Below the pieces are notes generated by a model. That model saw only the letters and a program-made list of their open reading frames with translations. It had not been told where the DNA came from and did not search any database. From Hydrolagus affinis (Eukaryota), in contig JAAILG010001376.1 in assembly GCA_012026655.1 (NCBI GenBank), forward strand, positions 1-64,000: a stretch of 64,000 nt of DNA. Reading direction: 5' to 3'. A program made the translations under genes and the position numbers. The stretch's first letter is position 1, and every line of letters begins with the position of its first letter. This document shows, one piece after another, positions 48,966 through 61,489 of the stretch.

Positions 48966-50145
48966 GTATGGTGACGCTGACATCCCAACAGTTTAATAAA
49001 ATAATAATAAGATTCATTACTAGTTTATTATTACTGATTTATCATAAATTGGGAGAGGCTGATATCCCAGCATGTTTTCTGCTGATCGTCATTGAAGTGT
49101 ACGCCGCTGTGTGCAAGATACGGCCAGGAAGAGGAACATCTTGGGGTGTAGGGGAGGGGTGGAGGGAGAAGCACTCTGACAACTTTACGGATACCCATTA
49201 TTTTGACAGTGTTCGAATATTTATGGTTATTACCTTTTTCATGCTCGAGAAGCCGGTTTGCAAGGATAATCCAAAGATTAAGATTTACACATGATGTGAA
49301 TTGAATAATTTGTTTCACAATGTAAATGGCATTCAAATGTTTACGACACTTTGCTGAAACCTGCCTTGTGATGTTCCCTCCCAACTCCCACGCACTTCCC
49401 CCTCCCCCACCGCAGCCCCGCAACCACAGAATGATTCCCAAAGGTTAGAATACAGATGATAACAATAGCAAGGCGACTTTTCTGCCTATGACTAACGTTT
49501 CGGGGAGGGGGTGGGGGAAAGATTGTGGGAAATTCTCACACTGGAACAACTGTATCCAATTCTAAAGTTATTACGTAAAACCCATTAGTGCCACTTGGAT
49601 TTGCATATATTTCCAGAGCTGTCCATGAGAAGACAGATTAGCTGTATCACATGCTTTGCTGGAAGATTGGTTCACAGGGAGCTCCCCCCTTGGAGAGAGC
49701 ACAGGCTGAGAACATTTGTGCTTTATAATAGCCTTTAGTGATCGAGTGAATTTCAGTCAACTTCAGAGTAAATTGAAATGCACTTCCCATGTTGTTCAAT
49801 GCAGTTTCAGTTTTTTTTTAAAAAACTTCCTCTGCATTCTGAGAGTATATAGCATTACGATATTAGCATTTTTATTTCAATATTGCTTTCTGCAATCTAT
49901 ACCTTTGGAGGAGGAGCAGAGGGTTACCCGAAGCCTGTTAGGAGTACTGCAGATTCCTACATATGATCTGTCTTCGATGTTAAATAAAATGGCTAACTAA
50001 ATCCAGGCAAACAAGCTGAAGGGTTGGCAATGACAGCGAGAGGCAGATTAAGTTAATGGAAGCATTTGGGTAACATCTGCATGACTTTGTGTCCTGGACC
50101 GCCAACTCACACAACTCCATCATGTGACACAGGATTTCTTAGCTT

Positions 50146-50552
50146 ATCACACAGAACACCAAGGCTGATGTTATGCTTCCAAAACCGTGCTTCTCAGCAA
50201 ATACCGAATAACGATAAAGGTTATTGTTCTCACCAACAAAGCTGCAGGATTGCTCCATTGCCATCGCAAAGCTTGATGGGATCCTCTCCCAGATTACAAA
50301 CCAACATAGGATTGATGTCACCTTCCTTCAGAGTGCATTGCCTCTTTTAAGAAGTACATTTTATAAATTAATAATTACCTGTACATTTAATATAGTTGTT
50401 GAGACATCTCAAAGTGCTTTGCAGATATTGTCAGTTGAATTGACTGTATACTTTGTGGGCACATTGCAGCAGCACACAGCAGTGTCCCACAAACAGTTGT
50501 GGATTCAGCACGGTTTTGGAAGCATAACATCAGCCTTGGTGTTCTGTGTGAT
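50146..50552. repeat. Perfect 46-bp inverted repeat (50146-50191 / 50507-50552)
   Basis: atcacacagaacaccaaggctgatgttatgcttccaaaaccgtgct and its exact reverse complement. Confidence 0.95.
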
Positions 50553-50758
50553 CAAATTATTATTATTTATTAAGGGATTAAGGGATTATTGTTCCCAGAA
50601 AGCAATGTGCCAATTGACTAACGACCGGGTTCCGGGTTCCTACTTACTGCTAAGTATACAGAGACGTATGGAGTAAGGAAACTTGCCTAAGGTTCTCCCT
50701 GCCTGGGAATCGAATCTGGGTCCTCTCGCTTGCTCTAACTAATACACTGCAGGACTCC
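50366..50758 (-). mobile_element. SINE2-type copy (long-spacer variant) carrying the 46-bp templated insert
   Basis: Tail, core, ggagtaaggaaacttgcc and head ..caggactcc. Confidence 0.85.
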
Positions 50759-51290
50759 ACAAGTCCTTTTAATTAAGGTGAATTTAAGAACTAATCCAAT
50801 TCAAGCTACATCCAGTTTTTTTCCCCCCTTATTGTTAAGGGTTAAAAATGTGATGTTTCCTAACAGATTCAAAGTGATAATTTAACTTCCTGACCTTTAT
50901 GAGACATTGCAATTTTCACTTTAATATCTTACATTGGCAGGTTGGTCAGGAAATATACAGTTTCACCACCAGGTTATAGATTCCTTGGTTTAGTGTTGTT
51001 TGGACACAGTCATCAGAACATTAAAGAGCTGTTTGGATTTCACTGAGTACTAGCTAACGCTCCTATAAGCTTCATTCAAGAAGTCATTCCTTGGCTGTAA
51101 GACAGTTCATGGGGATAAAAGGGCAATAAACTCCATTTCAATCAAAGCCCTAGTGAATGAGAAAAGTAGAACCATCACCAATACAGCTGTAGGACCAGGA
51201 GACGCATTGTTCTGCAAATCTGGACGATCGGCATTGTATCTGGGGAAGAGATGCTTAATGTCAGCAGTATACAAAGCAATTCAATAAACC

Positions 51291-51635
51291 AGGGGCCTAA
51301 GTGGTGCAGCAAGAAAACTTTCCTTTCACCTCCAGCACCTGGGTTTGAATCCAGCCATGACAGATGGGATGACAGGCTCTCTCTCTGATGCCTATTAAGG
51401 GTCTTAAGTTTAATGAGTCTTGACAGCTTCAACTTAATTCCCAGTGGACATGAATCCTCAGCACAAAACACTCTCGAATCTGACACAACAGGCACTAATT
51501 CAGCAACCTGGTTGAGCCCAGGTCACAAGGATAGGCAGCTTGGGGAATGGATGTCACTTCTCTCCAGCAGGGGGATATAGGAGTTTATGGACCTTAATAT
51601 GGGCTTGACAGTTTTCCTACTGGTGGAACCATGTG
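51291..51635 (+). mobile_element. LF-SINE-like element
   Basis: Blocks cctttcacctc..ctgggtttgaatccagcc, aatgagt, ttcccagtggaca, cacaaaac and ggcactaatt occur in the same order as in the LF-SINE consensus as I recall it. Confidence 0.55.
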
Positions 51636-52028
51636 GTGGTGGTTGGGGGGGTGGGAGGAGGGGAACGACACTCGCCATATCTTACCCCCCACTGACAACG
51701 TCAAGCTCGCCCAGTTCTACCTTTCTTGAACAATCTCCCTTCACCCTAACCTCAGAAGAACATCTGCTGCGATAGTGCAAGGTTGTTCCATTTTCTGCAC
51801 CAGCCACATCCACAAAAACCTTTGCGAGTGACACTGCCATTCAATGCCAATTACTGCAGCACCAAATTATAAGATGTTATGCTGGAGACTGTGATTGGTA
51901 ATAACTAGTTTGCTGCCAACTTTTATTTGTTTTGTAAGTCGCACAACATGAATTTGAGAAATTGCTTGTGCCACAGAGTAGTACGTCACATGTGCTCTAA
52001 ATGCGATGGATTGGCCAGAGGTTAACCT

Positions 52029-52215
52029 AATAATAATAATAATAGTAATCCTTGCATTTGATATAGTGTTTTATCTCCTTGGAGACGTCTCAAAGTGCTT
52101 CACAGAATATACAGTACTGTAAAGAGAATTGACTATATTTTGTGGGCCAAACGCGGCAGCCAATTGTATGCAGCATGTCCCACGGACAGTTGTGGATTGC
52201 ATCACCAGTGTTTTA
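52029..52215 (-). mobile_element. SINE2-type 3' half
   Basis: Tail and core in reverse. Confidence 0.85.
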
Positions 52216-52326
52216 TTATGAATGGTTTTACGCTTATGTACTTTCTAGGCTTTCCTTAAATTTTTTACTCCTATTTTGGTTCAAAGTCAAAACTATACAA
52301 CGTGGTTGTCTTGCACTGAATGATTA

Positions 52327-52638
52327 AGAGTCCTGTAGCTCAGTGGTTAGAACACTTGCTTCCGTAGTGGGAGACCTGGGTTTGATTCCTGGTATGACAA
52401 AACCTTGGGCATGTTTCCTTACTCCAAATGCCTAATAATAATCCCTCAGGAAAAATAAAACAATAATAATAAATTGGTCACTTCAATCCACAACATTTTG
52501 TGGGACACTGCTGTGTCGGTGGCCATGTTTTGCCCACAAATATACAGTCAATTCACTCTACAGTATATTCTGTGAAGCACTTTGAGAAGTTTACAAGACG
52601 TGAAGAACGTTATTTCAAATGCATGGATTATTATTATT
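52327..52638 (+). mobile_element. SINE2-1_CM-like SINE, full length
   Basis: gagtcctgtagctcagtggttaga...ggattattattatt. Confidence 0.9.
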
Positions 52639-53285
52639 TACTTGCACTGCAAAATGTCACAGAGTAAAAAGTATTAATCATGGAGATGAGGCGAGAAGTG
52701 ATCTGTTAATCGTTTACAACTGAAATGCTTGAAGTGAACCATAATGTTGAAGTTGCTACTGTGTAATTGTAGCTCAACAGCCATGAAGTGAATGATCAAT
52801 TTTATCTGGAGGATCTTTGGATAGAACATCAGAAGAAATTCCTTTCTCTTTTCAAATAATGCCATGAGTCTTTCAATGTATATGCCTAAATGACCAAGGT
52901 GGGACCTTGGTTCAATGTCTCATTGAAGGATGACAGGACAGTGGTCCTTTTGGAGACTATGAGCTCAAAGTACGTACCCAGAGATGACAGTGTTATCAAC
53001 TGAGCCAGGCTGACACAATATCTTGTCTAAATAAGGAACAGTGACTGCTGATCTCGTTCTGCTCTCAGTTTCATAAACCCGAAACTTTCTGATAGTCTTG
53101 CGTTTAAGACTGCCTGCACATTGTAAGATTGTACAGAATTGGGGAAAATTATTGAAAATAACTGTTGCCAAATGAAAAATGTGTTTTCTCAAGGTTTGCG
53201 CAATGTTACAGTTGCTGACAACTACCCGATATTCTCATGGATCTTTTAATGTGCACCTGAATGGTCAGAGAGGACCTCAATTTAT

Positions 53286-53660
53286 AGAATCCTGTAATGT
53301 AGTGGTTAGAGTGCTTGCTTACAAGTGGGAGGACTTGGGTTCAATTCCCGATGGGATGAAACCTTAAGCAAATTTCCTTATTCCACACGCCTCTATTGAA
53401 TTAGCAGTAAGTAAGAATCCAGTTGTTAGTCAATTGGTGGATCACTTTTCAGTGGTAATAATCCCTAGAAAAAAAATAACTGGTCACTCAATTCATGACT
53501 GTTTGTAGGACACTGGTGTGCACAATTGGCTGCTGCATTTCTTCCACAAAATACACAATCAATTCACATTACAGTATATTCAGTGAAGCACTTTAAGATG
53601 TCTCCAAGACATGATAAGCGCTATATCAAATGCAGGGATTATTATTCAGATTATTATTAT
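53286..53660 (+). mobile_element. SINE2-type copy (long-spacer variant)
   Basis: gtggttagagtgcttgc..gggttcaattccc, core, aaatgcagggattatt. Confidence 0.85.
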
Positions 53661-54124
53661 TAATATTTCAGAACAATAGTTTAGGGTCAGGACTAAAATC
53701 ATTTTAGTCACGGTGGCACACTCTGCAGACAGACTGCTCTCCAGTGCAGACGGTGAAAGATAAAAGCTTAAACAATGTTTAACAGAATGATGCATCATCA
53801 GAAACACCACTGCTCTGTCCAGTCAACCAATCAGCTGGGAAAATAGAGGCAGGACTAATAAAAGTCCCATAGCAAGTTACGTTTTTATTGATTTTCATTA
53901 TCAATTTTCATTATCAAACCATTTTCTTAGACTCCCGTTCACTCCTGAATTCTCCAACATACTTTTGGCTTTTGGGATAAATGTACATCACAGGCCTACT
54001 GATTGATATGCAATCCCCTAAAATGCATTGAAACAATGACAATGGCTTGATTTTTGGGATGCCCACCCGACATGAAAGGTACTATAAACATGTAATTTTG
54101 TTGTTGTTGATTTAATAGACAATT

Positions 54125-54243
54125 TTTTCCACAAAATATACAGTCAATTTACTTTGAGGTGTATTACAATGTATTCTGTGAAGTGCTTTGAGACGTCTCA
54201 ATGACGTGATAAGGCGCTATATGAAAAGCAAGGATTATTATTA
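54125..54243 (+). mobile_element. SINE2-type 3' tail
   Basis: ccacaaaatatacagtcaatt..gtgaagtgctttgagacgtc..gcaaggattattatt. Confidence 0.82.
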
Positions 54244-54924
54244 TATGTAAGTTATGATCACTTATTGGAACAGGTTAGATAATTACGCTTTCTCAGTCAG
54301 TCATTTGATGTGATATTCTCACACTGGGTGCTAAGGTAACAATGTTTATCACATTTACTCCTCTCCCCCTCTCAACCCAGATGTTATTCTGCTACTGAAT
54401 TTGAATCAGAGTCCAATTGACTGTCTAGACTTTTGGTCATTGGAGAATGACATCAGGCAGCCTCACTGGTGGTGTTGTCAGGTCAGTGTTAGGAACCTGA
54501 CGGGCATCCTGGGAGCAATTGAAATAATCAAGCATCTGTTCCCACAACCCATGACGCAGATCCAGTCTCAAACTTTAATCGATATGTAATTTTCAGAGCA
54601 CAGCACAGCACAGCAGAGGCAGCAGGATAAGCCATGCGTGAAAAGCAGGGGAGCTTGACGGACGTTACCATGAGGCAAATGGCAGTACGTTCACCATCAC
54701 CAGGAGGATATTCATGAGGTGTTTGAAAGGGTTCACAAACAGGGCAGCGGGGATGGTTTTTCAAAACGAATGAACTATGAAGTGAGGTGAAGGATAAAAG
54801 GAGAACTAGGAGGAGAGGGAAATTGGTGGTGTATTCAGAAATGTGATAATTATGACAAAGGAACACATCGTGAAAATCAGGGTGAGTTCACCTGATATGT
54901 TTTTATGCACACAGTTGCTCATGT

Positions 54925-55965
54925 CCCCTAATGGCTCAGTCGGTGAAAGCCAGTGGCTTTGGAGTGAATTTGAGCCCCACAAAACTGGAATGTACTTGGT
55001 TTACTATCTGCTTTGTACAGATTAGTTGATTGTCACTGTGACAACAGTAGAGAGCTACAATTAGCGCTCCCTAGACTGTGGGGAGAAAACGCAGCCTTGG
55101 ATCCTGCTCTTGATAATAATAATCCTTGCATTTGATATAGTGCTTTTCATGCCTTCTAGATGTCTCAAAGCGCTTCACAGAATATACTGTAAAGTGAATT
55201 GACTGTATATTTGTGGGCAAGTTGTGGCAGCCAATTGCGCACAGTAGTGTCACACAAACAATCGTGGATTGCGTGACCAAATTATCATTTTTGTTTGTGA
55301 AGGATTATTATTCCCATAGAAAAAAGCCATCCACCAATCGACTACATTCAGGTTCTAATTTACTGCTGGGTAAACAGAGGCATGTGGAGTAAAGAAACTT
55401 GGCCAACAGGAATAGAACCCGGGTCTCTTGTCCAGATATGAAAGGCGCTATGCAAATGTAATTTTGTTGTTGCTATTGCTGCGAGGCACATGCTCTAACC
55501 GTTGAGTTGCAGGACTCCACTATCTAGTGACCCCTTCCTCCTGTGGAAAGTCCATTTGTGTGGATAACTGACGAGGACAGGATTGCTCTGTTCACACTAT
55601 CATATAGCCTGCCACCATTCACTTGCATCTAAATTGTGGGAGTCACAAATGGAATTGTAGCTAGAGCAGCCCAGATGTGTTATTGCTGGACCACTAGACT
55701 TCTGCTTAGTATCCATTTCACAGAGATTGAAGCGAGGATCGTCGTTTGAGCAGAGCTTAGTTAGGAGAGTTGGTTCTGACAGGTCTGTGGTTTGCTAGTT
55801 ACTGATCATGTTGGGAACCATGTACAGTAATCCAAACCCCACTGGTCAGGTTCACACATGTAGAGCATCCACTTGAGCGAGGAACTTGAGGGTTTGCCGG
55901 GGTTGTGGAACCATATCCCGACATGAGTCAAAGCTTTCAGAAGAGGAAGAGAGAAATTTGGAGGG
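54925..55965 (+). mobile_element. Ancient SINE family Y interrupted by a SINE2 copy
   Basis: tcccctaatggctcagtcggt..gctacaattagcgc..cctgctcttga [insert] tatctagtgacccc..gaggacaggatt..ccacttgagcgagg..ttcagaagaggaagagagaaatt. Confidence 0.6.
55113..55519 (-). mobile_element. SINE2-type copy with an L2 tail inserted in its tRNA head (~55430-55480)
   Basis: atgaaaggcgctatgcaaatgtaattttgttgttg lies between gggtctc and gcgagg..gctctaacc. Confidence 0.85.
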
Positions 55966-56369
55966 GAACAAAGCTATTTATGCCTTTTTCCTCTTCCCCT
56001 TTCTCTGTCTCCCCCACACCAGATGCCATCTTTACCAAGCTGGTGGACAAATTCTATCAAGTCTGACTGGAAAGTGCCTGAGAGCAGTCTGGTGTGAGTG
56101 ATGTTCTCTGAGTTCTCCGCCTTTGCTGAGGTTACAGGGCCTGCCTGCTGCTTTCTTGTTTGTGCTTTTGTGTGTTTCCGATGATCTTCGGGGCCATATC
56201 TGGGGAAGGATCCAAAATGTGTGCCATTATGTACCCATCTCCCACAGACACTGCAGCAGACGGCTAGCCTCTCTCCATCTGGCGCAATGTGCTTAAGGTG
56301 TACTACATCCTGTGTAAAATCTTCAAATCTCCATTTCTCCTGCTCTGCTGCACACAGAGATCACTCGTG

Positions 56370-56370
<1 letters not shown>

Positions 56371-56405
<35 letters not shown>
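56371..56405. repeat. (CA)n microsatellite
   Basis: About 17 units. Confidence 0.95.
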
Positions 56406-56407
<2 letters not shown>

Positions 56408-56454
56408 ATTGCTTCAATGAATTGAGGATTCATTTTGTCAATTAAAAGGACTTT

Positions 56455-56830
56455 TGGAGTCGTGTAGTGGAGAGCACTCGCCTCATGAGCAAGAGGACCC
56501 GGTTTCAATTCCTGGACGGGGTGAAACCTTAGGCAAATTTTCTTACCCCACACACCTCTGTTTACCTAGCAGTAAGAAGGAACCTTTTTGTTAGTCGATT
56601 AGCCCTTTCTGGGGGTAATAATCGATTAAAAAAAAATTGGTCACTCAATTCAAAACTGTATGTGGGTCATTGCTGCTGTTTTTTCTCCTACAAATTCATT
56701 AATCGATTAAAAAAAAATTGGTCACTCAATCCAAAACTGTATGTGGGTCATTGCTGCTGATTTTTCTCCTACAAATTCACAATCACAGAACTTTACAGTA
56801 TATGCTGTGAAACTCTTTGAGATGTCTCAA
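56455..56830 (+). mobile_element. SINE2-type copy with internal 81-bp tandem duplication (56619-56779)
   Basis: taatcgattaaaaaaaaattggtcactcaat...cctacaaattca occurs twice. Confidence 0.85.
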
Positions 56831-56848
56831 GAAAATAATAAATAACAT

Positions 56849-57173
56849 GGAGCTCCTGTACCTCAGTGGTTAGATCACTTGCCTTACAAGCATGAGACCT
56901 GTGTTCGAATCCAGACAGATCAGGGTGAAACCCTGGGCAAGTTTCCTTACTCCACACGCCTAATAATAATCCATCCAAAAAAAAACCCACAATAACAAAA
57001 ATTGGTCATTTCAATCCATGACTGTTTGTGGGACACTGCTGTGCACAATTGGCTGCTGCGTTTCGCCCACAAAATATACAGTCAATTCACTTTACAATAT
57101 ATTCTGTGAAGCGCTTTCAGATATCGATAAGATGTGAAAAGCGCTATATCAAGTGCAAGGATTATTATTATTA
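56849..57173 (+). mobile_element. SINE2-1_CM-like SINE, full length (same variant as 926-1366)
   Basis: gagacctgtgttcgaatccagacaga and atccatccaaaa are shared with the first copy. Confidence 0.92.
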
Positions 57174-57994
57174 TAAGGATCTATATAAAATGTGAGGAAT
57201 ATTATTATTATTTTTACCGAATGTTTTCCCAAAGGAAGACAAGGCTCAAACAACTCCTCAATGTTCTTGCACACCTCCTAGTGGTTAATCACTTGTTCCT
57301 CAAATGGAAGGTAAATGACCTGTGACTTTATTGGAAGAGGGAAAGGACTTTTTTTCTCAGTGGCCTGGCTGACAATCATTCAATACGTTGATTGTTCACC
57401 TCAAGTCTGTTTGTGTGACTTGCTGTGTGTAAAATGGCTCCACGGTATTCGTCTGCAAAAAAGTCACTAACCTCGACAGTATTTACTATAATCTACTGTT
57501 TAGTGCCTTGGAACATCCTCCCAACATAGAAGGCTCTCTATAAATGTAATTTTGTTGTTGTTGTTGTATAAGATGTTTCAACATGAACTCCTTCCGGCTC
57601 CCTCCCTCCTTTAAGTTCCATCCCTTTTTGACCACTTGAATGTCGAGTGTTGTGTGTCGAGTGGGTGTGAGGGGTAGAAGTGATAGTAGGTTATTAGGTG
57701 GAAATTAAGGCAGGTAAAGAGGGGGCAAACATACAATATATAACACATTATAATATAATACAAATATTATATAAATATCTATGTAAAAAGGTTTCTGTTG
57801 AGGTGTAAAGTAAGTGGCTGGGTGCTGATGATAGCACCCGTCATGGAGCCAACTTGAGATCTTGTCAAACAGAGCAATATAATCCACTGATTACCACTGA
57901 TTCCACTGACAGGAGAGCTCTCTTCAGCCACATCCAACCATTACATGTCAGGTCTGTTCAGTGAAGCAATGAAGATCAAGTTCTTGAGCCCAGA

Positions 57995-58315
57995 AATTGC
58001 TTTCTCTGGGTCCTCATTTAACACCAGAAGTTTTTATTTTGGTCAGCCAGATGTCTGACACGTGCAGAAAGCCATCACCATGCTTAGGAGTATCCAAACC
58101 AAGCTGGGAATTTGAATTTCATGTGTCCCGCCTAAACATGGAAATCACTGATAAGATTGTTGGAATGAAATACGACCTCTCTCCTTGGAGGGATGCATCC
58201 TGCTTATCTAATTCCAGAAAGTATAAGGCACAGGTTGGCAATAGCCAAGGGTTGGGACTAATCTACCTCAGCAGAACGAAAAATACATTTAGCAATGCAA
58301 TGAATGACATCTGAA
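57995..58315 (+). mobile_element. Unclassified repeat family X
   Basis: ttttggtcagccagatgtctgacacgtgcagaaagccatcaccatgcttaggagtatccaaacc. Confidence 0.65.
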
Positions 58316-58419
58316 AATAATAAAGCACTTCTTTTGTTTTCACACTTCTTCCCACCAGAGAAGGTGTGACACATGGGACATTAGCGCCAAAATTAAGGTT
58401 ATTAATAGGGTACACAGTC

Positions 58420-58782
58420 TTACTCCCCCCTACTACTCTGACATCCTAACCCCATATCAGCCTGGTTTCTCCCTCCACTCAGCAGACACTAGCCTCCCAC
58501 AGGTCCCCTGCACATCCTGCCCTACTGTTGGTGGTCGGGCATTCAGCATCTCTGCTCCCACTCTCTGGAGCTACACCTCAACCCTTCTCTTGCCTTCTTC
58601 AAGTATTACCTAAAAACCTTCCTCTTTGACTGTGCTTCGGCCACCCACCCTGCCCCACACCCACTGCCCTCTACCCTACCTGACCCCAACTCCCAGCTCC
58701 GGTATAAAACCCCTGACTGTCCAGCACCCTGGGATGTCTTTCTGACCTGAAATGGGCTATACAAGTGTAATTTGTTGTTGTT
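58420..58782 (+). mobile_element. L2 3' fragment
   Basis: ggtggtcgggcattcagc..cttcaag..ccttcctctttgac..gtaatttgttgttg. Confidence 0.85.
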
Positions 58783-59324
58783 ATACATAACTATAGGGGT
58801 AATTACATACATATAAAACAATTACCACCGTTGTGTTCAGAGAGTGGTGATAGGGGAGTGGGTTTAGGGCTTGGTGAAATGGAATGGAATATACTTGGTG
58901 TTAGAGTTAATTTAATGGCCTGCTCCTGGGATGTCGATATGTGCAGAATTTTACTTTCTGCCACAAAACATAGCCTTAATTTCATGCATGGTATTTCTGC
59001 TCAGTGACCTTTAATGGTCAAGTCATGAAATACTAATCTAATAATTGGACATTGGAGTCTTGTGAGGAAGTCACTAATCTGTTTTTTGGTTAAACTCTTA
59101 TGGCAGCAAAGCATGGTACAGCTGTGTGCCAGCCTGGCTCAGGCCTTTTGCTTCTGAGTCAGAAAGTTGTTCATGCTTTAAGTTGGGTCAGTTGGTACAG
59201 TAGTCAACAGAGTGAAAGAGGTAAGAAACTATCATTGAAACCTTCAAAATAATCTTCCAAATTTTAACATCATCCTTACCTGTACACCCCAATAAAAATT
59301 ATTATGAAATCGCATAATAATAAT

Positions 59325-59770
59325 TTTGTTGAAGTTGTGTTGTTAATCTTTGAATTTTATATACAGTAGTATGTTTTACATCAAAAGGACATCTCAAAGC
59401 ACCTTACATCACATAAGATTTACTGTAGACTGTCGTGACTGTGTATTTTGTAGGTGAACACAATAATCAACTTGTGCACATCAATGTTTCACGAACAGCC
59501 ACGACCAGTCAATGGCCAATTTTCTCTGAGTTACTGTTGGCCATTGGGAGAAAACACCTGATCTTTTCAAATAGTGCCATTTACTGTACACCAGATCAGG
59601 CAGATAGGATCTCAGCTTAATGTCTCATTTGAAGGATGATGTCTCTGTCAATGCAGCACTCCTCCAGCATTGCATTGTAGTACTTTGATTATGAGCCCTG
59701 ATAGAGGGCTTTAACACACAATCTCTTACTGAGAGGCAAGAGTGCTACCAACTGAGCTGGACTGACACAC
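59325..59770 (-). mobile_element. Older DeuSINE
   Basis: aatagtgccat..aatgtctcatttgaagga..gagaggcaagagtgctaccaactgagc. Confidence 0.78.
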
Positions 59771-60161
59771 CGGGAGTACTACATGCATTTTTGATCTCTC
59801 TATTTCAAAATTAATATGAAGTTGTTGAAGGCAGTGCAGAAGAGGATTTAAGGGACAGAGCTATGAGGAAAGGTTGGCTACTCCTTTGAACGGAGAAAAC
59901 TGATCAGTTTTTGGAGATATGTGAAATTTCAGAAATATTTGAAACATTTGGATTCAGATGGAATATTCTGGCATGTACAAAATTTAACAAAAATAAGATA
60001 CTGTATCTTCAAAATAGAATGCCCAAAGCAAATTGGAAATAGAGTTTTTTTGTGAAAATGTGATAGGCATTCGGAACCAATTGGCAGCAAAAGTGGTGAA
60101 ACAAATAACAATGTCAAGTGTTTCAAAAATAAATTAAAGTAGTTTCTGTCAAGCAAAATAT

Positions 60162-60351
60162 GGATCTGGAATGCATTGCCTGAAAGAGAGTGTTCAAAAG
60201 GGAATTTAATATTTACTTGAAAAGAAAAAGGTTACAAGGCTATAGGGAAAGAGCAGGGGAGTGGGACTAATTGGATAGCTCTTTCAAAGAGCCGGCACAG
60301 ACATGATGGGCCACATGGCCTCCTTCTGTGATGTACAATTCTCTGATTCTA
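60162..60351 (+). mobile_element. CR1 3' end
   Basis: ggctatagggaaagagcaggggagtgggactaattggatagctctttcaaagagccggcacagacatgatggg..ggcctccttctgtg. Confidence 0.88.
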
Positions 60352-60464
60352 ACAGAATTTGAGTTAGTAGATAGTAGATCTATGTACTGAGGGAACCTTG
60401 TAGGAAATTTGACAGAGGGGTTAGACAGCGCTGAGTCTGGTTACAACAGGATTAATGGTTACCA

Positions 60465-60830
60465 CAACAGTTTACATTTGCAGGCATTAGGAGGATGGCT
60501 CAAAGCTTTTTAAACAGCAGGGAGCCCAAGCTGGTGACGTGGGTAGCCGAGGAGGCGAGGGGAAAGTGGTTGAAAATACAGTCAACGAGCTTGGTTTTAA
60601 GATGGTTTTTGAAGGCAAGTTGGGCAGAAGGAGTCCAGAATGGAGTTCCAGAAAATAAGTATAGAACGGTTAAAAACTTGCCCACTTATTATTATTACTA
60701 CAGAGTGGGTGGGGCGTGTAAAGCAGGCTGGTGTTTTATGAGCAGAGGGAGCTGTCTTTGCAGTTCGGTGAGGTGAGACAATTGAAGGGTTTGAAAGTGA
60801 GGACAAGTATTCTGAATGTGATCCTTTGGG
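60465..60830 (-). mobile_element. Degenerate L2 3' fragment
   Basis: ttttaagatggtttttgaagg..ttgaaagtgaggacaagtattctgaa. Confidence 0.6.
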
Positions 60831-61489
60831 TCAGAACTTTAGACTGGTTCTGCCAGAAATTCATTTAATAGTCAGGAATGAGTCTGGTTATGTTTGCCAG
60901 TCACAAACCAAGTCTGGTTCTGCTGGGCTAGATTGATGGCCTTTGGGGGCTACTTAGAGAATAGAAATGATATACATTGGAAGGAACAATCTGTATTTGC
61001 CTCAGGGAGAAAAGTGATTGTGTCATTGCGAATAAATGAAACAGTTTTAGATATTTTTCATGTGTTTAATTGTATGGTGGCATTCGCATGCTGCAAGACA
61101 CATGGTGGATATCTTATTTCTTCGGCAATTGTAAGATTCACTCAGTTTTAGAGTCAGGCTTTTTACCTGTCATTCCTCAAGTAATCCATGCAAACCCTTG
61201 TATCGTTCTGCAATAATAAGTTGGTTTAAACTTTGGGTTGTGTAATTTACTGGCACTGGAATTCTCAGAAAAATTCAAACAAATTTTCACATCTGGCATT
61301 ATTGGTAAGCAGAGGCATGTTCTCTTCACTTTATTTCCCGATTTGGTAACCTTTCTGACCTTCTGAATAGGGCTGCCTTCCTGTTACTGGCACTTAGGAG
61401 TAAGCACACACCCTAACATTGCTCAAAACCATGCACATTTATATAACGTTTACATGTTATAATACTTACAGTATTTACGTAACCCATCC

